Translations under genes and position numbers: made by a program
Notes under the pieces: generated by a model
Told to the model about the DNA's origin: nothing
Databases searched by the model: none
The model's input: the letters and a program-made list of their open reading frames with translations, nothing else
Source of the DNA: an uncultured Clostridia bacterium
GTDB lineage: Bacteria; Bacillota; Clostridia; Peptostreptococcales; Anaerovoracaceae
Direction of reading: 5' to 3'
NCBI GenBank assembly: GCA_934278925.1
Contig: CAKQWJ010000005.1
Span: 19,615 to 83,614 of the forward strand
Length of the DNA stretch: 64,000 nucleotides
Shown here: positions 17,250-26,210 of the stretch, piece after piece
How the letters are laid out: each line of letters begins with the position of its first letter
Numbering within the stretch: the stretch's first letter is position 1

Positions 17250-19532
17250 CTACTTCAGTCCGGTGAGTTCCAGCACTTCCTCCACCCGGCTTACCGGCAG
17301 GATGTCCAGCTTCTCCCGAACTTCCTCTGCCACATCCTTCAGATCTTCCTCGTTCTCCTTTGGAATGAGCACCTTGCGGATGCCGGCCCGCTGTGCCGCC
17401 ATGAGCTTCTCCGGCAGCCCGCCGATCGGCGTCACCGCGCCCCGCAGGGACACCTCGCCGGTCATGGCGATTTCCGGCGATACCGGTCGGTTCTCCACCA
17501 GGGAGGTCAGCGCCGTAGTCAGGGTAATTCCCGCGGAAGGACCGTCCTTCGGCACCGCCCCTTCCGGCACGTGGATGTGGATGTCGTTCTCCTCGAAAAG
17601 CGCCGCTTTGTCCGGGTGCATGGATTTCACCAGGCTCACCGCAATCTGAGCGGACTCCTTCATCACATCTCCCAGCTGTCCGGTGAGGATCAGCTTGCCG
17701 CTGCCCTTTGTGAACAGGGTTTCCACAAAAAGAATTTCGCCGCCGGCCCGGGTCCACGCCAGTCCGGTCACGATGCCCGGCTGTTTTTTCTCCAAAATCC
17801 GGTCGTGACTGATCGGACGCATATCCAGATATTCCCGGAGATCCTCTTTCCGGACCTCCACCTTCGCCGGTTCTTCCCCTGCTTCCTTCACCATTTTCAC
17901 CGCCGCCACTCGGCACAGGGTATCCAGTCGCTTCTTCAGGCCCCGAACGCCGGCCTCCGCCGTGTAATCCGAAATGATGGTCTCCAGCACCTCGTCCGAA
18001 ATCTCCAGATTCTCCTCCCGGATTCCCATGGATTCCATGGCTTTCGGCAAAAGGTGCCGCCGAGCAATCTGGAATTTCTCCGTGGCTGTGTAGCCGGAGA
18101 ACTGAATCACTTCCATCCGGTTCAGCAGCGGTTCCGGAATGGTATCCGTGGAATTGGCCGTGCAGATGAAGAACACGTCCGACAGGTCGTACGGCACGTT
18201 CATGTAGTGATCGGTAAACGTGCTGTTCTGCTCCGGATCCAGAACTTCCAGCAAAGCGCTGGCCGGGTCGCCGTTATAGGATGCGGACAGCTTGTCCACT
18301 TCGTCCAGCACCATCACCGGATTGGACACGCCGCTCTTGTGAATGCCGTTCATAATCCGTCCGGCCATGGCGCCGATATAGGTCCGTCGGTGGCCCCGAA
18401 TATCCGCCTCATCCCGAACGCCGCCCAGGCTGACCCGAACGTATTCCCGCTTCAGCGCCCGCGCAATGCTGCGGCCGATACTGGTTTTGCCCGTGCCCGG
18501 TGCGCCTACAAAAAGAAGGATGGAGCCGGTCTGCTTTTTCTGCAGCTCCATCACCGCAATCTGCTGAATGATCCGGTGTTTCACCTTATCCAGCCCGAAG
18601 TGGTCTTCCTCCAGCACGCTCTCCGCCTCGTCCAGGTCGATGTGCTCCGGCTCCGCCTTGTCCCATTTCAGGGTGGTGACAAAATCCAGATAGTCGTAAA
18701 GCATGCCGGATTCCGGGCTGTTCTGCCCCTCCTGTTTCAGCCGGTTCAGCACCTTCTTCGCTTCCTTCTCGGCCTCCGGGTTCATGCCCGCCTCTTCGAT
18801 TTTCTTCTCGAATTTGCGAACGTCGGAAACGCTTTCCGGATCCATTTCATCCAGTTCCCGCTGCAGAAATTCCATCTGCCGCTGGATGGCCTGTTTCCGG
18901 TACGCCTTCTCGTTCTCATTTTCCTGGGCACTTTCGGCTTCCCCGGTGAGCTTCGCCATCTCCAGGTATTCGTAAACCATGGACTCCATGATTTCCATTC
19001 TTTTTACCGGACTGCTCTCCAGCAGCACCCGATACTTCTCCTCCGGCGTATTGCTCATCCAGATGGACAGGGCGGAAGCGATTTCCCCTACGCTCTCCAT
19101 GTTCTTCAAGTAGCTTTTGGCCATGACGCCCCACGGCACAGTGCTCAGAAACTCGTAAAGCTTCTGCTTCATGCGGTTCACCCGAGGCTGCTCAATTTCG
19201 GGATCCGGCTCCTCCTCGTCCGGAATCCGGCTGATGCTGAGTTCCGCATGGAACGCACCCTTTCCGTTGATGGCATCCAGGCTCACCCGGTCCGTGGTCT
19301 CCACGATGCAGTAGCCGTTCTTGCTCACGTCGGTGACGGTGCCGCCCACGCCCACGGGATAGAAGCCCTCTTCCGTCAGCTCCTTCCAGCTGTCCTCCTC
19401 CCGGGAAAGCAGAAGAATTACCCGTTCTCCCACTTGCGGCAATTGGCCGGTCACCATCCGGTACCGGTCGCTGATAATATATACTTTTCCGTTTGGAATT
19501 ATGATTCGATTATATACAGGTACTAATGTCAT
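17250..19532 (-). CDS. lon: ATP-dependent protease La (Lon)
   Basis: 760 aa with a Lon N-terminal domain, AAA+ Walker A (GAPGTGKTS) and the proteolytic domain containing …DGPSAGITLTTAL… with catalytic Ser. Confidence 0.95.
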   Translation of the reverse strand: MTLVPVYNRIIIPNGKVYIISDRYRMVTGQLPQVGERVILLLSREEDSWKELTEEGFYPVGVGGTVTDVSKNGYCIVETTDRVSLDAINGKGAFHAELSISRIPDEEEPDPEIEQPRVNRMKQKLYEFLSTVPWGVMAKSYLKNMESVGEIASALSIWMSNTPEEKYRVLLESSPVKRMEIMESMVYEYLEMAKLTGEAESAQENENEKAYRKQAIQRQMEFLQRELDEMDPESVSDVRKFEKKIEEAGMNPEAEKEAKKVLNRLKQEGQNSPESGMLYDYLDFVTTLKWDKAEPEHIDLDEAESVLEEDHFGLDKVKHRIIQQIAVMELQKKQTGSILLFVGAPGTGKTSIGRSIARALKREYVRVSLGGVRDEADIRGHRRTYIGAMAGRIMNGIHKSGVSNPVMVLDEVDKLSASYNGDPASALLEVLDPEQNSTFTDHYMNVPYDLSDVFFICTANSTDTIPEPLLNRMEVIQFSGYTATEKFQIARRHLLPKAMESMGIREENLEISDEVLETIISDYTAEAGVRGLKKRLDTLCRVAAVKMVKEAGEEPAKVEVRKEDLREYLDMRPISHDRILEKKQPGIVTGLAWTRAGGEILFVETLFTKGSGKLILTGQLGDVMKESAQIAVSLVKSMHPDKAALFEENDIHIHVPEGAVPKDGPSAGITLTTALTSLVENRPVSPEIAMTGEVSLRGAVTPIGGLPEKLMAAQRAGIRKVLIPKENEEDLKDVAEEVREKLDILPVSRVEEVLELTGLK

Positions 19533-19571
19533 CTCTATTCACCCTTTCTGTGTATTGGTTTGCGGCATCGC

Positions 19572-20051
19572 CTACTTATGATAAGTCTCGTTATTGGCGA
19601 TCTTGAAGCTGCGGTAGATCTGCTCCAGCAGCAGCACCCGGGCCATCTGGTGAGGGAAGGTCATGCGGCTAAAGGAAAGTCCGAAGTCCGCCCGCTTTTT
19701 CACCGCCGGAGACAGCCCCAGGCTGCCGCCGATGATGAAATCCACGGTGGACCGGCCGCTGTCGAAGGTTTTCGTGAGGTGCCGGGACAGTTCCACGGAA
19801 TCCAACATCTTCCCCTCCACCTCCATGGCGATCACGTAATCCGACTCCCCGATTTTGGACAGGATGGTTTCCCCCTCCTTCTCCATCACCTGGCTCTCAT
19901 CCGCCGGCGACGCGTTCTTCGGGAGCTTCGATTCCTTCAGCTCCACAATCTGAATCCGGGCGTAGCCGCCGATTCGCTTGGTGTACTCCGCCACCGCCGC
20001 CTGCCAATATTTTTCCTTTAACTTTCCGATGCAAATAATATTGATGTTCAT
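19572..20051 (-). CDS. rlmH: 23S rRNA (pseudouridine1915-N3)-methyltransferase
   Basis: 159 aa SPOUT-family protein (MNINIICIGKLKEKYW…RMTFPHQMARVLLLEQIYR). Confidence 0.85.
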   Translation of the reverse strand: MNINIICIGKLKEKYWQAAVAEYTKRIGGYARIQIVELKESKLPKNASPADESQVMEKEGETILSKIGESDYVIAMEVEGKMLDSVELSRHLTKTFDSGRSTVDFIIGGSLGLSPAVKKRADFGLSFSRMTFPHQMARVLLLEQIYRSFKIANNETYHK

Positions 20052-20063
20052 TTTCTTCCTATC

Positions 20064-20906
20064 CTAGAATCCAATCAGCGGTCCGGCTGCGCTCTTGGCC
20101 GCCACTTCCATGCGGAAATTCACGTTCTTGTGGTAATCGTTCTGATCCAGCACATCCCGCACCGTCAGCGCCGCATTGAAAGGCGTGTTGTTGGTGGTAC
20201 TGAGATGGGCTAAAAGAATTTTCGGCAACGCCAGTTTCCCGTCCTCACAAGGGTGTCCGGTGAGGCTCAGAGACGGCCGGTCCTCCAGCATGCGGGTCAG
20301 GGCTTCGCCGCATGCTACGTTGGAGAGATGGCCTTGGTCGCTGAGAATTCTTCTTTTTACCGGATACGGGTAGGGACCCATTTCCAGCATGGACACCTCG
20401 TGGTTGGCTTCCATCACCAGCACGTCGGAGGTGCGAATCTCTTCGTAGATCTCATCGGTGACGGTGCCCGTATCCGTCACCACCGTGATTTTCGTGTTGT
20501 CCTTCCGGAAGGAGAAGCCCAGCGGCTCGCTGGCATCGTGGGAAAGGGCAAAGCCCTTGATCCGAATGTCTCCGATTCGGGTTTCATCCTGGGCGGAAAA
20601 ATACCGCAGCCGGTCCTCCGGCACGTACTGGAACTTGTCGCAGTTGTGAGCGGTGCCCCGGGAGGCGATGACTTCCGCATTCTCGCAGATGCGGGACATC
20701 ATGCGGATGCTCTTCACGTGGTCCACGTGCTCGTGGGTCACCAGAATTCCGGAGACGGCGTCCTCGGAAATGTTGGCGTCCGCCAAAGCCGCGCGGATGC
20801 TTTTGCCGCTGAGGCCCACGTCCAGCAGCAGGTGGGTGGTGCCGTCAGTGATTAAATAGGAATTGCCGGAGCTGCTGCTCCCGATTGATTGTATTGCTAA
20901 ATTCAT
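20064..20906 (-). CDS. MBL-fold metallo-hydrolase (YycJ/WalJ-like)
   Basis: Start at ATG 20906 (MNLAIQSIGSSSSGNSYLITDG…) and an HxHxDH motif (VTHEHVDHV). Confidence 0.8.
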   Translation of the reverse strand: MNLAIQSIGSSSSGNSYLITDGTTHLLLDVGLSGKSIRAALADANISEDAVSGILVTHEHVDHVKSIRMMSRICENAEVIASRGTAHNCDKFQYVPEDRLRYFSAQDETRIGDIRIKGFALSHDASEPLGFSFRKDNTKITVVTDTGTVTDEIYEEIRTSDVLVMEANHEVSMLEMGPYPYPVKRRILSDQGHLSNVACGEALTRMLEDRPSLSLTGHPCEDGKLALPKILLAHLSTTNNTPFNAALTVRDVLDQNDYHKNVNFRMEVAAKSAAGPLIGF

Positions 20907-20923
20907 GAATCTCTGCCTACGTT

Positions 20924-23900
20924 CTATATCTGTCTGTACTTGTTGTTTCTGTAAGTTAAGTCGAATTTGCAGATGGCACGGTACTGGCAGTACGTGCATT
21001 CTGCCCTTTTGTCCTTCTTCAGGCGAGTTGGGGAGATGTCGATTTTGCCCTGGACGATACCGTCGCTGAGCACCTCGATGGTTTTGTGCACATCCTCCCG
21101 CAGGGTGCGGAATTCTTCCGCGCTCAGCTTCTTCGGCTTCTTCTCCAGCATCTCCACCGGCATGCTGCTGAGCACCGCCGGGTCGTCCAGCACGGCGCCC
21201 CGAAGGCGGAACCGCTCGTCCTCTTCCTTGGCCAGCTGTTCCTGCTGCTTGACTTCATCCAGCTTGTTGGCGTTGAGCTCGCTGTCGCTGATGTTGAAGT
21301 AGAACATGCCCACCGGATTGTATTCGTCCCCGCTGGCCCCTTCCAGGTATACCATCAGCTGCATTTTGTAGCCCATGCGCATCTGCTCGATGTCCAGCTT
21401 GTCCTTTCCGGTCTTGTAATCGATGATTCTAATATTGCCACCCCTCATCAGATCCGCCCGGTCGATTTTTCCCTCGATGTAGACCTTCTGTCCGTGGAGG
21501 GTATATTCAATCGGCTGGAACCGGCAGCCCCGTCCGAACTGTTCTTCGAAGAAAGACATTTCCACATTTCCCAGGCGCAGCTGTTCCGCCAGCGCCCGCA
21601 CCGCATCCTCGCAGATCCGGCGGATTCGGCTCATGCGGTATTTCTCTCGGTCGCCGGAAACGAAGAGTCCGCCGCGGTAGGTCTCGGACAGTTTCAGAAG
21701 CTCCTCATCCACCATTTCCGACAGGTGCTCCATGGAGATGCCTTCCGCCGCTTCCGCCTTCGATTCCGGCGACTGCGGTTCCGACACCCCTTCGCCGATG
21801 CCGGCAGCTTCCGCCTCTTCCGTATTGTTTTTATCCTCCAGAATGCCCTCTTCCAGAAGGCGCTTGGAAACTCGCATGATGCACTCGTGGTACACGTCGC
21901 CGATTTCCCGGCCGCTGCTGCGGAACTCCCGAGGCTCTTCCGCCCGAAGTCCGTGCATCACAAAGAATTCGAAGGGACAGTGATTGTATTTCTCCAGCTT
22001 GGAGGCGCTGAAGACGAAGTCCTCCCCTCGGCGGTACAGCCGCCCGGCAGTGTCGATGTCCAGATCCCGGGCGCTGTTCTCATCCAGTCCCGCCCGGCTC
22101 AGCTCCTTCAGCTGCTCCGGCCGGTGCTTCTCGTACCAGCGGAGGATGCCCTCTGCCAGATATTTTTCTTCCTCTTCCGAAGATTCCGGTGCCGGTGTCG
22201 GTGCCGATGCCGCAACGCTTTCCGCCTCTTCCTCATCCGACGAAACCTCCTCCTGAAGAGCCCCAATCATCTGATCCATCGGCCGCTCCTTGAAGTGGTT
22301 CATCATGTGGCGCAGGGACTCCGGTCCGTTCTGGATCAGGTCTGCGTTAAAGCCCCGACTCACCACATCCTTTCGAATTTTCAGCAGGGGGAACAGATCC
22401 TTCAGGTAATCCACCAGAACGGAAGGCTTCATATCACTGCCGTCGCTTCCCGCCAGGGAATAGCTTACGTACAGCTTCTCCGATGCCTGGGACACGGTGC
22501 GGTACATGGCCCCGTTCTCTTCCATCATCTTCAGGTCGTCCAGGCTTCCCAGAACAAATTCGTGCCGCGCGAACTGCTGCTTTTCGTCCACGGAAAACAG
22601 TCCTTCCGGGGACGGGGTCTGAGGAAGGATTCCCTCATTGGCAGACAGCACCATCACCACCTTCGGCGGTGCCGGACGGGTTCGAATCATCACGCCCATG
22701 GTCAGCCCGTCCTGGGTGGGCGGAATCAGTCCCACTTCTGCGTTGAGAATTCCAACGGAATACAGGTCCACGAACTCCTTCAGGTCCATGGCCTCGTCCC
22801 CCATGATGTTTCCCACGCATCCCAGAATCCGAACCACCTCGTTGTAGCTCTGGGCGGTCCACTGGGCCTCTTCAAATCGCTCCCGGTTGTACTGGCCGTC
22901 TTCGATCTCCCGGATTTTATTCCGAAGATCCCACACCTCATTCAGATAGCGGTAGAATTTCTCGATAAAATCCGCCATCCGCTCCGACTCTTCCGCCAGC
23001 ACCTTCAGCTGTTCGATCCGCCCGGTGATCTCCACCCGGCTTTCCTCCAGCTTGGCGAATTCCTCCGGATCGTACTCGAAATCCCCGTATTTAAACGGCT
23101 TCGTCCACATGGAGCCCTTGATGCCGAAATCTCGGGCGTAGTTCTCCAGGTTCCAGATGGCCTCCCGCTCCAGCCCGGTAAGGCCGCTCTTCAGCAGCGC
23201 CATCACCGCCGGCGTCCGGTATCCGCCGCTGCAGATTTCCAGGAGGTTCATCACGAAACCCACCACCTGGGAATCCCGAATGCTCCGCCGGGCATCCCGG
23301 AACAGGGGCAGCCCGTACTCCCGGAAGGTGCGCTCCACAATGGGCTGCATCTTCTCCGTGTCGTTGCAGATGATGACGATATCCTTCATGCGGTATCCCC
23401 GATGCAGCAGGTTATACACCTGAATGGCCGCATTTTCCGCCTCGTTGTACAGGTTGGCGCATTCCACCACCTGAAGATCCGCCGGACGGAAATCCGCCGA
23501 GGCGATTTTGGTTTTATCCGATTGGGTAAAAAGACCCTGTTCGATGCGCTTTAGGGTTTCCGACTTCTCCAGCACGTCGCCGGTCAGAGTTTCCACGGAA
23601 ACCGTCAGGCCCTTCTCTTCGGCGGAACGGCGGATGCTTCGGATCAGCACATCCTCCAGGCCGAAATCCGTCCGGTTCACCATGACGTACACGTTGCGGG
23701 CCACCCCGGCGATCTCCGTCAGGGAGCGGACGAACTTCGCCGTCATGCTGTCGAAGCCGTAGACCCACACCGTTTTTCCCGCCAGCTCTCGGGATTTCCC
23801 GATGGCGTCCGTGTACAGGTCCACGTAGTCCTCCACGTCCTTGTACTTTCCCTGCACCAGAGATTCGTACTCCTCCAGTATGCCGGAAAGCTCCCGGATT

Positions 23901-24337
23901 TTCTTCCTCAAGAGTTCATCGGTTTCCGGGTCCGCCAGGATTTCCTCCAGCTCTTCTCGGGTGCATTCCTGCTGGCGGAAATCCGCGATGAAATCGTGGA
24001 CCATGTCCACGAAGTTCCGCTTTCCGGCAGCAGTGCGAAAAATATCCAGCTGTTTCTCCCGATTGCGAATGATCCGCGCCAGAAGCATGTACCGCTCGTA
24101 CCGGTCCAGCATCCGCACGTTATCCGTGCCTTGCTCCTGCAGCATGCGCAGACCCAGCCGGTTCATGCTGAGAATCTCCACGTTCAGCAGGCAGGAGGTG
24201 TTCAGGTATTTTAAAGCCTGTTCCTCCGCCACCAGGGTGTACTGATTGGGCACGATCACCAGGGTCTCCCCTTCGGTATGCTCGTAGATGAATTTTTCCT
24301 TGTCGACGTTCTCTCGGCCCTGATAGATCTTCAGCAT
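20924..24337 (-). CDS. addB: ATP-dependent helicase/deoxyribonuclease subunit B (AddB/RexB)
   Basis: 1137 aa with an inactivated-helicase N-terminus and a C-terminal PD-(D/E)xK nuclease carrying the Fe-S cysteine cluster (…CPFEFFVMHGL… and C-terminal CTYCQYRAICKFD). Confidence 0.85.
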   Translation of the reverse strand: MLKIYQGRENVDKEKFIYEHTEGETLVIVPNQYTLVAEEQALKYLNTSCLLNVEILSMNRLGLRMLQEQGTDNVRMLDRYERYMLLARIIRNREKQLDIFRTAAGKRNFVDMVHDFIADFRQQECTREELEEILADPETDELLRKKIRELSGILEEYESLVQGKYKDVEDYVDLYTDAIGKSRELAGKTVWVYGFDSMTAKFVRSLTEIAGVARNVYVMVNRTDFGLEDVLIRSIRRSAEEKGLTVSVETLTGDVLEKSETLKRIEQGLFTQSDKTKIASADFRPADLQVVECANLYNEAENAAIQVYNLLHRGYRMKDIVIICNDTEKMQPIVERTFREYGLPLFRDARRSIRDSQVVGFVMNLLEICSGGYRTPAVMALLKSGLTGLEREAIWNLENYARDFGIKGSMWTKPFKYGDFEYDPEEFAKLEESRVEITGRIEQLKVLAEESERMADFIEKFYRYLNEVWDLRNKIREIEDGQYNRERFEEAQWTAQSYNEVVRILGCVGNIMGDEAMDLKEFVDLYSVGILNAEVGLIPPTQDGLTMGVMIRTRPAPPKVVMVLSANEGILPQTPSPEGLFSVDEKQQFARHEFVLGSLDDLKMMEENGAMYRTVSQASEKLYVSYSLAGSDGSDMKPSVLVDYLKDLFPLLKIRKDVVSRGFNADLIQNGPESLRHMMNHFKERPMDQMIGALQEEVSSDEEEAESVAASAPTPAPESSEEEEKYLAEGILRWYEKHRPEQLKELSRAGLDENSARDLDIDTAGRLYRRGEDFVFSASKLEKYNHCPFEFFVMHGLRAEEPREFRSSGREIGDVYHECIMRVSKRLLEEGILEDKNNTEEAEAAGIGEGVSEPQSPESKAEAAEGISMEHLSEMVDEELLKLSETYRGGLFVSGDREKYRMSRIRRICEDAVRALAEQLRLGNVEMSFFEEQFGRGCRFQPIEYTLHGQKVYIEGKIDRADLMRGGNIRIIDYKTGKDKLDIEQMRMGYKMQLMVYLEGASGDEYNPVGMFYFNISDSELNANKLDEVKQQEQLAKEEDERFRLRGAVLDDPAVLSSMPVEMLEKKPKKLSAEEFRTLREDVHKTIEVLSDGIVQGKIDISPTRLKKDKRAECTYCQYRAICKFDLTYRNNKYRQI

Positions 24338-24375
24338 GTCCTTCTCCTATATCCGTTTCTGCGCGTGCGCGTTCT

Positions 24376-25020
24376 CTAGATCAGCTTCAGCACGTCCGCC
24401 GGTGTATCCACCCGGTACGTCGGCCGAAAGCCCAATTCTTTTAGCTCGTTCTCGTCGATATCGTGGCTCCAGCCCACCAGAATGCTGTCCACGCCGGCGT
24501 TGTTGCAGCAGCCGATATCGAACTTCGTGTCCCCCAGCATGATGGCCTCCTCCGGTTTCGCGGAAAGCTCCTCCAGGGCCATGCGCAACGGGGTGGGATC
24601 CGGCTTGTGCTTGTCCGTATCATCGCAGGTGATGAGGACGTCGAAGTAGTCGCGGATGCCCAGTTCCTTCATGTAGTCCAGCGTGGTAGCTTTGGTGCGG
24701 GAGGTCACCACCGATAATGTGTGTCCCCCTTCCACCATGCGGTCCATCATCTCCAGGGTTCCGTCGAAGAGTCCCACCATTCCGTCATAGTGGGCCTGCT
24801 GATAGTTCCGGTAGATCTGCACCGCTTCGTCCACGTTCGCCTGAGGGAAAAACTTCTTTACGGTGTACCGAATGGTCTCCCCAAAGGTGTGGTAAATATC
24901 TTCCACCCGGCCTTCTTTGCCGGTGTAATGGCGGAACACCTCCTGCCAGGAAGCCACGATGACCCGGTTGGAGTCAAAAATTGTTCCGTCGAAATCAAAA
25001 ATAATATGCTTTTTCTTCAC
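24376..25020 (-). CDS. HAD-superfamily hydrolase (phosphatase-like)
   Basis: Motif I is present (IIFDFDGTIFDS) and the C-terminal DTxxD-type motif III (MLGDTKFDIGCCNNAGV). Confidence 0.8.
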   Translation of the reverse strand: MKKKHIIFDFDGTIFDSNRVIVASWQEVFRHYTGKEGRVEDIYHTFGETIRYTVKKFFPQANVDEAVQIYRNYQQAHYDGMVGLFDGTLEMMDRMVEGGHTLSVVTSRTKATTLDYMKELGIRDYFDVLITCDDTDKHKPDPTPLRMALEELSAKPEEAIMLGDTKFDIGCCNNAGVDSILVGWSHDIDENELKELGFRPTYRVDTPADVLKLI

Positions 25021-26137
25021 CTACAGATTCCTCTCTTTCGCATCCTGAGACAGTTTCGCACGCACAAAAAGATCCAGATCCCCGTCCATCACCGCGCCGA
25101 TGTTTCCGGTTTCCGCGCCGGTACGGGTATCCTTCACCATGGTATAGGGCTGGAACACGTAGTTCCGAATCTGAGCGCCCCAGGAGGCCTGACTCATATC
25201 CCCTTTCAGTTCGTTCAGGTTCTCCTTGTGTTCCTCCTCCGCCAGCTTGGTGAGCTTGGAGGTGAGGATTTTCAGCGCCACTTCCTTGTTCCGCAGCTGA
25301 GACCGCTCGTTCTGACAGGTCACCACGATGTTCGTCGGCAAATGGGTGATTCGAATGGCGGAGTCCGTGGTGTTGACGTGCTGACCGCCGGCCCCGCTGG
25401 CCCGATAGGTATCGATCTTCAAATCCCCCGGATTGATGACCACATCCAGGTCGTCTCCCAGGTCCGGCACCACTTCCACGCCGGCAAAAGACGTCTGCCG
25501 CTTGCCCGCCGAGTTAAACGGCGAGATTCGAACCAGCCGGTGGACGCCGTTCTCGCTCTTCAGATATCCGTAGGCATTCTCCCCGGACACCATAATCGTG
25601 GCGCTCTTGATGCCCGCCACGGTATCGTTCTGAAGGTCCACCACTTCCGCCTTAAAGCCCTTCTTTTCGCAGTACCGAAGGTACATCCGCTCCAGCATTT
25701 CCGCCCAGTCCATGGCGTCCACGCCGCCGGTGCCCGCATAGACGGAAAGGATGGCGTCGTTGGAATCGTAGCGGCCGCCCAGCAGCATGCGGAGCTTCAG
25801 CTCTTCCATGTCTTCCTGCAGCGCACTGAAATTCCGGCGAATCTCCTTCGCTTCCTCCTCGTCGTTCAGCTCTTCCGCCAGGTCGATCAGATCCGCCGTA
25901 TCATCCAAGCCCTGCCGGATGCGTTCGTATCCCTCGATCTCATTTTCCAGGGATTTCTTTTTCTTCATAAGCTTCTGCGCCGCCGCCGGGTTGTCCCAGA
26001 AGCCCTCCTTGCTCATTTCTTTCTCATAGCCCTCCAGGGTGTTCTTCAGCGCCGGCAGGTCAAAGATACTCTCCGATTTCCAGCAGCTTTGCCTTCTCCT
26101 GAGGGATTGCGGATTTAATCTCTTCCAATAAAATCAT
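25021..26137 (-). CDS. prfB: Peptide chain release factor 2, expressed by programmed +1 ribosomal frameshift
   Basis: Frame 0 runs from ATG 26137 (MILLEEIKSAIPQEKAKLLEIGEYL) to an in-frame TGA at 26062-26060, in the context CTT TGA C. Frame +1 continues (DLPALKNTLEGYEKEMSKEGFWDN…) to the stop at 25021. The SPF motif (RISPFNSAGKRQTSF) and GGQ (RASGAGGQHVNTT) are both present. Confidence 0.9.
26060..26065 (-). promoter_or_regulatory. prfB: prfB autoregulatory +1 frameshift site (CTT TGA C) at codon 25-26
   Basis: On the minus strand the sequence tat ctt tga cct places the canonical CUU-UGA-C shifty stop exactly 25 codons after the start, as in E. coli prfB. Confidence 0.85.
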
Positions 26138-26210
26138 GTTTCGTTCCTCCTGATCTTTCGTCTATCCAAAAGCACCCGGATAAAGATTTTATCCGGGCAC
26201 CCTGTTATTC

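Noticed and set aside
17122-17916. A 264-aa minus-strand ORF rich in Gly/Arg/Pro overlapping the ADH start and lon 3' end.
   Set aside because: It is a different frame of the confirmed lon gene. Its translation is low-complexity (…GRGGAEGRSFRGNYPDYGADLPGGEPTG…).
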